Below, piece after piece: positions 29,751 through 40,686 of a DNA stretch of 64,000 nt; position 1 is the first letter of the stretch, and each line of letters opens with the position of its first letter. Under the pieces are notes generated by a model, which saw only the letters and a program-made list of their open reading frames with translations, did no database searches and had not been told where the DNA came from. The position numbers and the translations under genes are program-made. Where the stretch lies: positions 8,247 to 72,246 of the forward strand of contig CACFNI010000001.1 in NCBI GenBank assembly GCA_902567765.1, in the 5' to 3' direction. The DNA is from an uncultured Pelagibacteraceae bacterium (GTDB lineage: Bacteria > Pseudomonadota > Alphaproteobacteria > Pelagibacterales > Pelagibacteraceae).

Positions 29751-31208
29751 CTAAAGTTTTTTCTTTAATATATCATTAACCATTTTTGGATTTGCTTTAC
29801 CTGATGAAGCTTTCATTACTTGACCAACAAAAAAACCAAAAAGTTTATCTTTTCCAGATTTATATTTTTGTACATTGTTTGGATTATCTAAAATCACTTT
29901 ATCTATAATTTTTTCTAATTCTTTTGGATCACTTTGTTGTTTAAGTCCTTTCTCCTCAACAATTTTCTTTGGATCCTGGTCTCCATTTGACATTTCTACA
30001 AATAATGTTTTAGCGATTTTTCCTGATATAGTTCCATCTGAAATTAAGTTAATTAATTTTGATAAATTTTCTGAACTTATTGGACTTTGATCAATTTCAA
30101 TATTTTTTTCATTAAGCAATGCAAATAATTCACCAGTAATCCAGTTTGCAGATAATTTAACATCAGAGTTTTTAATTACTTTTTCAAAATACTTTGACGT
30201 CTCTAAATCTGAAACTAGTACTGTAGCCTCATAAGGAGAAAGTTTAAATTTTTCGATAAAACGATCTTTTTTTTGATCTGGAAGCTCAGGTATTTCACTT
30301 TTAATATCCTCTATAAATTGATCATCAAACTCTAAAGGTAATAGGTCCGGATCAGGAAAGTATCTATAATCATGAGCATCCTCTTTTGATCTCATTGATC
30401 TTGTTTGATTTTTTTTAGTATCAAAAAGTCTGGTTTCCTGATTAATTAAACCGCCTTCCTCTAACAATTCAACTTGTCTATTTGCTTCATACTCTATAGC
30501 CATTTGCATGAATTTGATTGAATTAACATTTTTAATTTCACAACGTGTACCAAATTTATCACTGCCAAGTTTTCTCACCGACACGTTAACATCTGCTCTT
30601 AATGAACCTTCTTGCATATTTCCATCACATGTACCTAAATATCTCATTATTGATCTTAATTTCTTTATATATAAATTGACCTCTTCAGGAGATCTAAGGT
30701 CTGGTTTGCTAACAATTTCCATAAGAGCTACACCAGATCTATTTAAATCAACTAAAGTGCTACTAGGGTCTATATCATGTATACTTTTTCCAGCATCTTG
30801 TTCCAAATGCAGTCTTTCAATTCCGATAGTCTTGGGACCTGAGGGTAAGTCTAGAACAATTGATCCTTCACCAACAATTGGATCTTTGTATTGAGAAATT
30901 TGATAACCCTGAGGTAGATCAGCATAAAAATAATTTTTACGATCAAAAATTGATTTTTTATTAATCTTAGCATTTAAACCAATGCCTGTTTTAACAGCTT
31001 GTCTGATACAAAATTCATTTATTACAGGTAGCATTCCAGGAAACGCAGCATCAACTAAACTTACTTGAGTATTCGGCTCAGATCCAAATTTTGTTGCTGA
31101 ATTAGAGAATAATTTTGACTTTGAAAGCACTTGAGCATGTACTTCTAATCCAATTACTACTTCATAATTATTTCCATTTTTCTCTATCAAGTATTGATCT
31201 TTTTTCAC
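29751..31208 (-). CDS. gatB: Asp/Glu-tRNA amidotransferase subunit B
   Basis: [45 protein letters not shown]. Confidence 0.99.
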   Translation of the reverse strand: MKKDQYLIEKNGNNYEVVIGLEVHAQVLSKSKLFSNSATKFGSEPNTQVSLVDAAFPGMLPVINEFCIRQAVKTGIGLNAKINKKSIFDRKNYFYADLPQGYQISQYKDPIVGEGSIVLDLPSGPKTIGIERLHLEQDAGKSIHDIDPSSTLVDLNRSGVALMEIVSKPDLRSPEEVNLYIKKLRSIMRYLGTCDGNMQEGSLRADVNVSVRKLGSDKFGTRCEIKNVNSIKFMQMAIEYEANRQVELLEEGGLINQETRLFDTKKNQTRSMRSKEDAHDYRYFPDPDLLPLEFDDQFIEDIKSEIPELPDQKKDRFIEKFKLSPYEATVLVSDLETSKYFEKVIKNSDVKLSANWITGELFALLNEKNIEIDQSPISSENLSKLINLISDGTISGKIAKTLFVEMSNGDQDPKKIVEEKGLKQQSDPKELEKIIDKVILDNPNNVQKYKSGKDKLFGFFVGQVMKASSGKANPKMVNDILKKKL

Positions 31209-32662
31209 TTAATCCACCAATCGCTTGTATTTAAATTAAAATTAATTTTTTCTTCCATAGAGTATGCAATATTTAGAATTCCCTGTTCATCGAAAGGTTT
31301 TCCAATAAGCTGGAGACCTAATGGATAGTTATTTTCATCTAAACCTGCTGGAATTGAAATACCAGGCAATCCTGCTAAATTTACAGGGACAGTAAAGATG
31401 TCATTTAAATACATAGAAACAGGGTCGTCCATTTTCTCACCTACTTTAAAGGCTGAACTTGGTGTAGAAGGAGTTAAAATTGCATCAACTTTATTAAAAG
31501 CTTCATCAAAATCGTTTTTTATAAGTTTTCTTACCTTTTGAGCTTTAAGATAGTAAGCATCATAATAACCTGACGAAAGAACGTATGTACCTATCATAAT
31601 TCTTCTTTTAACCTCCTCACCAAATCCTTGAGATCGAGTTTTTTCATACATATCAATTAAATTTTCACCCTCGACTCTAAATCCATATTTCACTCCGTCA
31701 TATCTCGCTAGATTTGAAGATGCCTCTGCTGGAGCAACTATATAATAAGTAGGAAGAGCATATTTTGTATGTTGTAAAGAAATATCAATAATTTCAGCCC
31801 CACAATTTTTTAAATATTCTTTACCATTTTCCCATAATTTTTCTATTTCGGCAGGCATTCCCTCAACTCTATATTCTTTAGGAATACCAATTTTTTTACC
31901 CTTAATATTTTTATTAAGATCAGAAAAATAATTTGGCCGTTTAAAATCAATTGATGTTGAGTCTTTGCTATCGAATGAACTTATTACCTCAAGCAAAAGT
32001 GCACAGTCTTTAACATCTCTTGTCATTGGGCCTGCCTGATCTAAAGAGGATGCAAAAGCAACTATTCCGTATCTAGAACAACTCCCATAGGTAGGCTTTA
32101 ATCCTACAGTTCCTGTGAAAGAAGCTGGTTGTCTAATTGATCCACCTGTATCGGTACCAATGGTCGCTGGCGTAAGTTTTGCTGCTAAAGCAGAAGCAGA
32201 ACCACCCGAAGAACCTCCTGGTACTAAATTATTATCAATTGGACTTAAAACATTTCCAAAATGACTTGTTTCATTTGATGAGCCCATAGCAAATTCATCA
32301 CAATTCAATTTTCCTAGTAATATAGCTCCTGAATTCCAGAGATTTTGAGTAACGGTAGACTCATAACCTGGAACAAAATTTTCTAAAATTTTACTACCTG
32401 CTGTTGTTTTAACATTTTTTGTACAATAAAGATCTTTAACAGCTATAGGAATGCCTGGAAGTTTTTTTTGAAAATCTGGTTTAGCATCAAATTTTTTTGA
32501 ATTTGCGAGAGCATCATCGAAAGTTTCTTCGATATAAGTATTTAGTTTTTTTGATGATTTTGATCTCTCTATATAATTAGAAGTAATATCTGTTGAGGAA
32601 ATTTCTTTAGATTTAATTTTCTTAACAAGCTCAGTTAATGTTAAATTTGTTATATCAGTCAT
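31205..32662 (-). CDS. gatA: Asp/Glu-tRNA amidotransferase subunit A
   Basis: Amidase signature [31 protein letters not shown]. Confidence 0.99.
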   Translation of the reverse strand: MTDITNLTLTELVKKIKSKEISSTDITSNYIERSKSSKKLNTYIEETFDDALANSKKFDAKPDFQKKLPGIPIAVKDLYCTKNVKTTAGSKILENFVPGYESTVTQNLWNSGAILLGKLNCDEFAMGSSNETSHFGNVLSPIDNNLVPGGSSGGSASALAAKLTPATIGTDTGGSIRQPASFTGTVGLKPTYGSCSRYGIVAFASSLDQAGPMTRDVKDCALLLEVISSFDSKDSTSIDFKRPNYFSDLNKNIKGKKIGIPKEYRVEGMPAEIEKLWENGKEYLKNCGAEIIDISLQHTKYALPTYYIVAPAEASSNLARYDGVKYGFRVEGENLIDMYEKTRSQGFGEEVKRRIMIGTYVLSSGYYDAYYLKAQKVRKLIKNDFDEAFNKVDAILTPSTPSSAFKVGEKMDDPVSMYLNDIFTVPVNLAGLPGISIPAGLDENNYPLGLQLIGKPFDEQGILNIAYSMEEKINFNLNTSDWWIK

Positions 32663-32949
32663 CACTCTACAACTTTTGGTACCACAAAATAATCTTTATT
32701 GTCTTTTGGAGAATTTTTAAGGATATCTTCTCTGATATTTTTAGATAGAATTTGATCTTTTCTTAATCTTAGGGCTGTTTCTGCAATTGATGTTAAAGGC
32801 TCAACATTGTCTGTATTTAATTCATTTAGTTTCTCAATCCATTTAAATATTGAGTTTAAATCTTTCTCAAGTTTCTTGGCTTTTTGATCATCAACTGAAA
32901 TTCTTGATAATTTAGATATGTGTTTAACGGTTTTAAGATCTATAGTCAT
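32662..32949 (-). CDS. gatC: Asp/Glu-tRNA amidotransferase subunit C
   Basis: [23 protein letters not shown]. Confidence 0.96.
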   Translation of the reverse strand: MTIDLKTVKHISKLSRISVDDQKAKKLEKDLNSIFKWIEKLNELNTDNVEPLTSIAETALRLRKDQILSKNIREDILKNSPKDNKDYFVVPKVVE

Positions 32950-32988
32950 ATGATAATTAGATCTATCATTAAAATAGAAAAATACAAC

Positions 32989-33444
32989 ATGATCACTATT
33001 GAAAAACTTAAGAGTAAAATTGATAAAAAATCACGATTACTAGGTATTGATATTGGTACAAAAAGGATTGGTATATCGATCTCTGATGACAAAAGATTAA
33101 TTGCTATGCCTTTAAAAACCGTCGAAACCTCATCTCTAAACGAATTTATCAAAGAAATTAAATATTTAGTTAATGAAAATAATATTCAAGGATTAATTAT
33201 TGGTGATCCAATTAATATGGATGGTACAAAGGGTAAATCATCTCAATCTGTTAAGGATAAATCTATTATAATCAATAGAGAGGTCAATATTCCCATAATT
33301 TTATGGGATGAAAGATTATCAACGGTTGGTGCATTCAATTTATCAAGTCAATTGGATATAAATGTTTCTAAAAGAGTAAAAAAAATTGACGAAAATGCAG
33401 CTACATTCATACTTCAAGGGGCTCTAGATTATTTAAATAATTAA
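32989..33444 (+). CDS. ruvX: YqgF/RuvX family nuclease (pre-16S rRNA processing)
   Basis: LGIDIGTKRIGISISD, WDERLST, IDENAA..ILQ; start reassigned to ATG 32989. Confidence 0.93.
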   Translation: MITIEKLKSKIDKKSRLLGIDIGTKRIGISISDDKRLIAMPLKTVETSSLNEFIKEIKYLVNENNIQGLIIGDPINMDGTKGKSSQSVKDKSIIINREVNIPIILWDERLSTVGAFNLSSQLDINVSKRVKKIDENAATFILQGALDYLNN

Positions 33445-33486
33445 TACTTGCAATAATTCTACATTATAGTTATAGAGTTAATTTTA

Positions 33487-34431
33487 ATGGCAATAAATTC
33501 TAACAAAGCTATTAAAATTTCAAAAAAACATCTCCTAGGTATTCAAGATTTATCTGTTTCTGATGTAAATTTAATACTTTCTGAATCAAAAAAATTCATT
33601 TCTGTTAACAAAAGTAAAAATAAAAAAGTTGATATTTTAAAAGGTAAAACACAAATTAATTTGTTTTTCGAACCGTCTACTCGTACACAAAGTTCTTTTG
33701 AATTAGCGGGAAAAAGACTTGGTGCAGATGTAATGTCAATGAATATTACTAACTCTGCAATTAAAAAAGGTGAAACATTGATAGACACGGCTATGACACT
33801 TAATGCAATGCATCCTGATATAATAGTAGTAAGACATCAAGACTCTGGGGCTTGTAATCTTTTATCGCAAAAAGTTAATTGCGCTGTATTAAATGCCGGT
33901 GACGGAAGAAGAGAGCATCCTACACAAGCATTGCTTGATGCTTTAACAATTATTGATAGAAAAAATAAAATACAAGGTTTAAGAATAGCTATATGTGGTG
34001 ACATTCTTCATTCGAGAGTTGCTAGATCTAATATTTATTTGCTGAACATGTTAGGTGCTGAAATAAATATTGTTGCACCTTCAAATCTACTTCCCAAAGA
34101 TATTAATAAGCTAGGAGTAAATACTTTTTCAAATATGAAAAAAGGATTAAAAGACTGTGATATAGTAATGATGTTAAGATTACAAAATGAAAGAATGACA
34201 AGTTCATTTTTATCATCAAACAGAGAGTACTATGAGTATTATGGGTTAACTCCAGATAAATTGGAGGAAGCAAAAAATGATGCATTGATAATGCATCCAG
34301 GTCCAATGAACCGAGGTATAGAAATCGATACTCGACTAGCTGATGATATAAACAAAAGTGTAATTAAAGAACAAGTTGAATTAGGAGTTGCAGTGAGAAT
34401 GGCTTGTTTAAAAATTTTTTGCGAAAAATGA
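33487..34431 (+). CDS. pyrB: Aspartate carbamoyltransferase catalytic subunit
   Basis: [36 protein letters not shown]. Confidence 0.99.
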   Translation: MAINSNKAIKISKKHLLGIQDLSVSDVNLILSESKKFISVNKSKNKKVDILKGKTQINLFFEPSTRTQSSFELAGKRLGADVMSMNITNSAIKKGETLIDTAMTLNAMHPDIIVVRHQDSGACNLLSQKVNCAVLNAGDGRREHPTQALLDALTIIDRKNKIQGLRIAICGDILHSRVARSNIYLLNMLGAEINIVAPSNLLPKDINKLGVNTFSNMKKGLKDCDIVMMLRLQNERMTSSFLSSNREYYEYYGLTPDKLEEAKNDALIMHPGPMNRGIEIDTRLADDINKSVIKEQVELGVAVRMACLKIFCEK

Positions 34432-35714
34432 AAAAAAAATATTTTCTAAATGCTAATATTATAGATCCAAAAAATTCAATTGATGAAGTTGGAGGTTTAA
34501 TTGTCAGTGAAGAAGGAAAAATAGAAGCAATTGGTAAAAAAGTTAATAAAAATAATATTCCATCAAGAGAAAAATATATTGATCTTAAAGATAAATACCT
34601 ATTTCCTGGACTGGTGGATATGAGAGTTTTTGTAGGGGAACCTGGTTACGAATATAAGGAAAATTTTAAAACTCTTAGTAATGCTGCAATTGCAGGAGGG
34701 GTGACCTCTGTTGTAACAATGCCTAATACCTTACCTGTAATTGACAACGTATCAATTGTTGATTTTTTAAAAAGAAGAGGTCGAGACAAGGCAAAAATAA
34801 ATATTTTTCCTGCTGCCTCTATGACTAAAAATCTTGAGGGCACAAATATGACTGAGTTTGGTTTGCTGAAAAATAAAGGAATTGTAGGTTTTACAGATGG
34901 AGCAAAAACAATTCAGAATACAAGACTTATGTCTAGAATAATGAGGTCTGCTTATGATTTAGACTGTTTAATAATGCAACATGCTGAAGATCAAGAACTT
35001 TCTCAAAATGGACTGGTTAATGACGGTATAATATCAACAAAGCTTGGTCTTCAAGGAATACCAGATTTAGCTGAAAAAATAATTATTGAAAGAGATCTTA
35101 CACTTTTAGAAGATTTTAATTGTAGATATCATATCTCTCAAATCTCATCAGCTAAATCTATAGATGTTATTTCTCAAAAAAAAAATAATGTTAATTTTAC
35201 AACTGGAGTATCAATTAACAATTTATCACTAAATGAAAATGATATAGGAGATTTTAGAACTTTTTTAAAACTATCGCCTCCTCTAAGAACTGAAGAAGAT
35301 AGAGTTTCACTGGTAAAAGCAATTAATAAAGGTTTAATTGACGTTATTGTTTCTGATCATAAACCAGAAGATGAAGAGTCTAAGAGATTAACTTTTTCTC
35401 AAGCAGCTACAGGAGCTTCTGGTATAGAAACTCTACTAGCATTATCATTAGAACTATTCCATAATGGTTCGGTAAAATTATTTAAGTTAATCGAATTATT
35501 AACAAATAATCCTGCAAAAATTTTAAAAATAAACAAAGGTAACCTTTCTGTTGGAGGCGATGCTGATTTTTGTATAGTTGATATTTACAAACCATGGATT
35601 GTTAAAAAAGAAAAAATTATTTCAAAATCTAAAAATACTTGTATTGAAGATAAAAAATTGCAGGGTTTAGTCACTAATACATTTGTAAAAGGTGAAGAAT
35701 TATTTAAAATTTAA
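34428..35714 (+). CDS. pyrC: Dihydroorotase-like protein, probably inactive PyrC' (ATCase-associated)
   Basis: Type I DHOase fold ([23 protein letters not shown]), but the HxH metal motif reads MRVF; start ATG 34428. Confidence 0.88.
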   Translation: MKKKYFLNANIIDPKNSIDEVGGLIVSEEGKIEAIGKKVNKNNIPSREKYIDLKDKYLFPGLVDMRVFVGEPGYEYKENFKTLSNAAIAGGVTSVVTMPNTLPVIDNVSIVDFLKRRGRDKAKINIFPAASMTKNLEGTNMTEFGLLKNKGIVGFTDGAKTIQNTRLMSRIMRSAYDLDCLIMQHAEDQELSQNGLVNDGIISTKLGLQGIPDLAEKIIIERDLTLLEDFNCRYHISQISSAKSIDVISQKKNNVNFTTGVSINNLSLNENDIGDFRTFLKLSPPLRTEEDRVSLVKAINKGLIDVIVSDHKPEDEESKRLTFSQAATGASGIETLLALSLELFHNGSVKLFKLIELLTNNPAKILKINKGNLSVGGDADFCIVDIYKPWIVKKEKIISKSKNTCIEDKKLQGLVTNTFVKGEELFKI

Positions 35715-35717
35715 ATC

Positions 35718-36296
35718 ATGGAAGTATTTTTTATAGCTTTAGTTTCCTATTTACTTGGCTCAATACCATTTGGTTTTTTACTAACAAAATTACTTTTAAA
35801 ACAGGATATAAGAAATATTGGGTCAGGAAATATTGGTGCCACCAATGTATTAAGAACTGGAAATAAACTTATAGGTTTCTCTACATTATTTTTAGATATT
35901 TTAAAAGCTGTAATCCCTATTATTTTTATTAAATTTAACTTTCCAGATTTTATATTTATATCTGCTTTGTCTGTATTTTTAGGTCATGTTTTTCCTGTTT
36001 GGTTAAAATTTAAAGGCGGCAAAGGTGTGGCAACTTATGTTGGTATGCTATTTTGTATAAATTATGTTCTTGGATTTGTTTTTATAATTAGTTGGTTTAT
36101 TATTTTTCTTCTATCAAAATATTCATCGCTCTCTTCCTTGTTAGCTTCATTGATTATTCCCATATATCACTTTTTTTTAATCGGTGATAAAAATCATTTT
36201 TTCTTTATAATTTTATTTATTTTAATTTTTTATACCCATAGAGAAAATATAAAACGCTTAAAAAATAATACTGAATCGAAGACAAAAATTTATTAA
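35718..36296 (+). CDS. plsY: Glycerol-3-phosphate acyltransferase
   Basis: YLLGSIPFG, GSGNIGATNVLR, GH.FPV..FKGGKGVAT, HRENIKRL. Confidence 0.97.
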   Translation: MEVFFIALVSYLLGSIPFGFLLTKLLLKQDIRNIGSGNIGATNVLRTGNKLIGFSTLFLDILKAVIPIIFIKFNFPDFIFISALSVFLGHVFPVWLKFKGGKGVATYVGMLFCINYVLGFVFIISWFIIFLLSKYSSLSSLLASLIIPIYHFFLIGDKNHFFFIILFILIFYTHRENIKRLKNNTESKTKIY

Positions 36297-36297
36297 T

Positions 36298-36325
36298 TTG
36301 ACTATCTAGGTGTTTTATGTAGGTT
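36298..36325 (+). promoter_or_regulatory. Putative topA promoter
   Basis: TTGACT-N16-TAGGTT, ending 8 nt before the topA ATG. Confidence 0.4.
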
Positions 36326-36333
36326 CTGAGTAA

Positions 36334-38922
36334 ATGAATCTAGTGATTGTAGAAAGTCCTGCAAAAGCAAAAACGATTAATAAATATTTGGGTGATAATT
36401 TTACAGTTTTAGCTAGTTATGGTCACATTAGAGATTTGCCCTCCAAAAATGGCTCAGTAAATCCAGAAGAAAAATTTAAAATGATTTGGGAAGTTGATAG
36501 CTTCTCAAAGAAATATTTAAAAGAAATAACTGATGCTGCAAAAAATTCTAATAAAATTATTTTGGCTACTGACCCCGATCGTGAAGGTGAGGCTATAGCC
36601 TGGCATGTCAAAGAGTATTTAGATGAAAAAAAACTATTGAAAGATAAAAAAATTGAAAGAGTTATTTTTAATGAGATAACAAAAAAAGCAGTAACAAAAG
36701 GAATAGATAATCCAAGAAATATAGAATCTAACCTGGTTGATGCTTATATGGCAAGGCGAGCGTTAGACTATTTAGTTGGATTTAATATATCTCCAATCCT
36801 TTGGACAAAATTACCTGGATCAAAATCTGCAGGGAGGGTTCAGTCGGTTGCCTTAAAACTTCTTACAGAAAGAGAACATGAGATAGAGATATTTAAGCCA
36901 GAGGAGTTTTGGTCCTTAAATGTTAGCTTTTCAAATAATAAGAATGTTGAAATTACGTCTAACTTATTTGAACTTGATGGAAAAAAAGTAGAAAAATTTT
37001 CATTTAGAAATAAAGAAGAAATAAACAAGGCAATTGAAAAAATTAAAAATAAAAAATACCAAATCGTTGATATTACATCTAAGATTTATTCAAGAAATCC
37101 ATCAGGACCTTTCACTACATCAACATTACAACAGTCAGCATCAAGTAAATTAGGATTTGGTGCTTCAAGAACTATGCAGATTGCACAACGATTATATCAA
37201 GGTATTGATATTGATGGTGATACCAAAGGATTAATAACTTATATGAGAACTGACGGAACCAATATATCAAAAGATGCTGTTGATGATTTTAGAAAATATA
37301 TTTCTAAAACATACGGAAATGACTATCTCCCAGATCAAGCAAATAATTATTCAGGAAAAAAAGCAAAAAATGCACAAGAAGCTCATGAAGCAATCAGACC
37401 TACAGACATAAATAATGATCCCTCAAAGCTTAAAAAATATTTAAGTTCAGATCAACACAGGCTTTATAATTTAATCTGGTCCAGGGCCCTGTCCTCTCAA
37501 ATGCAAACGGCAAAATTTGATAGAAAAACCATAATTATAAATTCTGATGATGGAAAAAATATTATGAAAGCAAGTGGTTCTGTTATAAAATTTGATGGTT
37601 TTTTAAAACTCTATAAAATTGACGAAAATAATGATGAAGAAAAAATATTACCAGAAGTATCTAAAGGACCTATTAACATAGAAAATTTTATAGACGAACA
37701 GCATTTTACACAACCACCACCTAGATACTCTGAAGCTAGCCTTGTTAAAAAACTTGAAGAACTAGGTATTGGAAGACCCTCAACATATGCAAGTATAATA
37801 TCTGTTATTGCTAATAGAGGATACGCCGATATATTAAATAAAAGATTTTTCCCAACGGACAGAGGCAAACTCATTTCTGCTTTTCTTGAAAAATTATTTA
37901 CTAAATATGTTGATTATAATTTTACAGCAAAATTAGAGGATCAACTTGATGACATAACGTCAGGTAAAGAGGATTGGATAAAAGTTCTTGAGCAATTTTG
38001 GAATGATTTCAATAAAAATGTTTCAGATGTTAAGGAAAAAAGAACAAGAGAAGTTTTAGATTTGTTAAATGAAAGCCTAGGTAGTTTAATCTTTGAGACA
38101 AATAAAGATGGTAAAATTGATAGGAACTGCAAATTATATAATAAAAGTTGTAAATTTTCTGGTGAAGGTACATTAAGTTTAAAAAATAGCTTTAGAGGTG
38201 GTGCATTTATTGGTTGTTCAAAATATCCTGATTGTAAATTCACAAGACCTCTATCTAAAGCAAAAGCAGCTGAACAAGTCAATCTTGCTGAGCCTAAATT
38301 GATAGGTAAAAATGAAATGGGTAAAGACATTTTTTTAAAAAATGGAAGATTTGGACCTTATTTACAATATGAAGTTGATCTTATCGAAATTGAAGATAAT
38401 AAAAAGAAAAAAAAGAAAAAAGTTAAAAAGAATACTAATGAAAATTTAAAAAATGTTTCAATTCCTAAGGGTATAGATATTGACTCTATTGACTTAGATC
38501 GAGCTAAATTTTTGTGTTCTCTTCCTAAAAGTCTCGGTACAAACCCAGAAAATAATCAAGAAATTTTTTTAAATTCAGGAAGATTTGGCCCATATTTAAA
38601 ATGTGAAAATAAATCAGCAAGATTAGAAAATGTTGAGGAGATTTTTACGATAGGTTTAAATAGAGCCATTACTTTAATTGCTGAAGCAAAACCAGGTAGA
38701 ATATCGTCATCTCTGATAAAAGATCTTGGTGAACATCCAGAAGATAAAAAGCCTGTAAGAATTATGAAAGGTCAATATGGTCCATATATCAAGTACAAAT
38801 CACTCAATGCAACAATACCTGAAGAAAAAGATCCTACTGAACTTACGATGGAGGAAGCTTTAATATTGATTGAGAAAAGAAAAGAATACGATAGAAATAA
38901 AAAATCAAAAAAAAGAAAATAA
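36334..38922 (+). CDS. topA: DNA topoisomerase I
   Basis: IVESPAKAKTI, ATDPDREGE, SAGRVQS, ITYMRTD (catalytic Tyr), AQEAHEAIRPT, one Zn ribbon and GRFGPY C-terminal repeats. Confidence 0.99.
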   Translation: MNLVIVESPAKAKTINKYLGDNFTVLASYGHIRDLPSKNGSVNPEEKFKMIWEVDSFSKKYLKEITDAAKNSNKIILATDPDREGEAIAWHVKEYLDEKKLLKDKKIERVIFNEITKKAVTKGIDNPRNIESNLVDAYMARRALDYLVGFNISPILWTKLPGSKSAGRVQSVALKLLTEREHEIEIFKPEEFWSLNVSFSNNKNVEITSNLFELDGKKVEKFSFRNKEEINKAIEKIKNKKYQIVDITSKIYSRNPSGPFTTSTLQQSASSKLGFGASRTMQIAQRLYQGIDIDGDTKGLITYMRTDGTNISKDAVDDFRKYISKTYGNDYLPDQANNYSGKKAKNAQEAHEAIRPTDINNDPSKLKKYLSSDQHRLYNLIWSRALSSQMQTAKFDRKTIIINSDDGKNIMKASGSVIKFDGFLKLYKIDENNDEEKILPEVSKGPINIENFIDEQHFTQPPPRYSEASLVKKLEELGIGRPSTYASIISVIANRGYADILNKRFFPTDRGKLISAFLEKLFTKYVDYNFTAKLEDQLDDITSGKEDWIKVLEQFWNDFNKNVSDVKEKRTREVLDLLNESLGSLIFETNKDGKIDRNCKLYNKSCKFSGEGTLSLKNSFRGGAFIGCSKYPDCKFTRPLSKAKAAEQVNLAEPKLIGKNEMGKDIFLKNGRFGPYLQYEVDLIEIEDNKKKKKKKVKKNTNENLKNVSIPKGIDIDSIDLDRAKFLCSLPKSLGTNPENNQEIFLNSGRFGPYLKCENKSARLENVEEIFTIGLNRAITLIAEAKPGRISSSLIKDLGEHPEDKKPVRIMKGQYGPYIKYKSLNATIPEEKDPTELTMEEALILIEKRKEYDRNKKSKKRK

Positions 38923-39384
38923 ATGAATTATGATAAAAAAATAGAGGATTTAAAACTCACACTTCCAAAAGCTGCTGATCCAGTTGGTTCTTACGTAGCG
39001 ATAAGGATTTCAGGTAAATTACTTTTTATATCAGGTCAAATATCAATGAATGAAAAAGGTGAATTAATTAAGGGAAAACTAGGAAAAAATTTGGATATAG
39101 ATGCAGGTTATAATGCGGCTAAAAGATGTGCTTTAAGTATTGTTGCGCAAGCTAAAAAAGCATGTGAAAACGATTTATCAAAAATAAAATCATGTATTAA
39201 ACTCACAGGCTTTGTAAATTCAGTAGATGATTTTATTGATCAGCCAAAAGTTATAAATGGCGCTTCAGATTTGATAGCATCAATTTTTGGAGATGCTGGA
39301 ATGCATGCAAGAGCTGCAGTAAGCACAAATAGTCTTCCCTTGGGAGTTGCAGTAGAAGTTGATGCTATTTTTGAATTAAATTAA
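38923..39384 (+). CDS. RidA/YjgF/UK114 family protein (Rid1-like)
   Basis: FISGQI, QPKVINGASDL, HARAAV, SLPLGVAVEVD. Confidence 0.9.
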   Translation: MNYDKKIEDLKLTLPKAADPVGSYVAIRISGKLLFISGQISMNEKGELIKGKLGKNLDIDAGYNAAKRCALSIVAQAKKACENDLSKIKSCIKLTGFVNSVDDFIDQPKVINGASDLIASIFGDAGMHARAAVSTNSLPLGVAVEVDAIFELN

Positions 39385-39387
39385 TTC

Positions 39388-40686
39388 TTACCTTCCTACA
39401 CTATAATACTTAAAACCTTGGGCTTTTATTTTATTTGGAGAATAAATATTTCTCATATCATATATAATAAATTTTTTACCTTTAATTAAACTTTTAAAGT
39501 TGATTGATTTAAAATCATTCCACTCAGTATGGATAATAACAAGGTCAGAACCCTTTATGGCATCTTTAATTGTATTTGAATTATAAACATTTTTAATTTT
39601 AGCAAACTCCTTTTTATCACCCGTTGGATCAAAATATTTAATTTGTGCACCTTTTTTTGATAAAGCAGGTATCATTATAAGACTTGAAGAGTCTCTCATG
39701 TCATCTGTATTAGCTTTAAATGTAACTCCTAAAAAAGTAATTTTTTTATTTTTGATTTTTTTGTTTAAAATATCGTAAACTCTATCAAGTAATATTTTTG
39801 ATCTATTTTTATTTGATTTAATAACTGACTTGATAATAGACAAATTGGTTTTAAACTTATCAGCAGTTGAGGTTATAGCTTTTGTATCTTTTGGAAAGCA
39901 AGATCCACCATAAGCAGGTCCGGCTCTTAAAAATCGGCTTCCTATTCTTTTATCAAGACCCATACCAATTGATATATCCTCTATATTTACTCCAGTTTTT
40001 TCACATAAATTAGCTATTTCATTAATAAATGTAATTTTGGTAGCCAAAAAGGCATTAGATGCGTATTTAATTAATTCAGCAGCTCTTCTTGATGTCTGTA
40101 AATATGAGGCCCCCTTCGAGATCAATGGACTATAAAGATTCTTTAAAATACGATTAGACTTTTTATCGAGAGTTCCAATTACGACTCTATCTGGATATGT
40201 AAAATCTCTTATAGCCTCTCCTTCTCTAAGAAATTCAGGATTTGACACCACTGAAAATTTATTTTTGTTATTTTTTCTTGATAAAATTTTTTGTATTTCG
40301 TCTCCTGTGGTAACTGGGACTGTTGATTTGGTAATTACTATTTTAAATTTGTTAATTGAGGAACTGATTTCTTTAGCAACATTATAAATCTGGCTAAGAT
40401 CTGCAGTTGAACTTCCTTTTTTACTTGGGGTTCCGACACAAATAAAAATGATATCAGATTCACTGACTGATTTTTTTAAATTAGTTGAAAAATTCAATCT
40501 TTTATTTTTAAAATTTTTGATAACTAGTTCAGATAAACCAGGTTCATAAATTGGAATTTTTCCTTTTTTAAGTAAATTTATCTTGTCAGCATTTTTATCG
40601 ACACAAATTACTTCATTTCCAAGGTCGGCAAAACATACCCCGCTTACTAAACCAACGTATCCAGTGCCTATCATGCATAGTTTCAT
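39388..40686 (-). CDS. ugd: UDP-glucose 6-dehydrogenase
   Basis: GTGYVGL, KSTVP, NPEFLREG, KYASNAFLA, GGSCFPKD, FKANTDDMRDS. Confidence 0.96.
   Translation of the reverse strand: MKLCMIGTGYVGLVSGVCFADLGNEVICVDKNADKINLLKKGKIPIYEPGLSELVIKNFKNKRLNFSTNLKKSVSESDIIFICVGTPSKKGSSTADLSQIYNVAKEISSSINKFKIVITKSTVPVTTGDEIQKILSRKNNKNKFSVVSNPEFLREGEAIRDFTYPDRVVIGTLDKKSNRILKNLYSPLISKGASYLQTSRRAAELIKYASNAFLATKITFINEIANLCEKTGVNIEDISIGMGLDKRIGSRFLRAGPAYGGSCFPKDTKAITSTADKFKTNLSIIKSVIKSNKNRSKILLDRVYDILNKKIKNKKITFLGVTFKANTDDMRDSSSLIMIPALSKKGAQIKYFDPTGDKKEFAKIKNVYNSNTIKDAIKGSDLVIIHTEWNDFKSINFKSLIKGKKFIIYDMRNIYSPNKIKAQGFKYYSVGR

Noticed and set aside
30508-30894. Longer antisense ORFs (also 37941-38330, 42661-43014, 46371-46700, 58876-59310, 61499-61807, 63554-63865)
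   Set aside because: They lie wholly opposite conserved core genes, have Ser/Phe/Ile/Leu-rich shadow composition, and show no recognisable motif.
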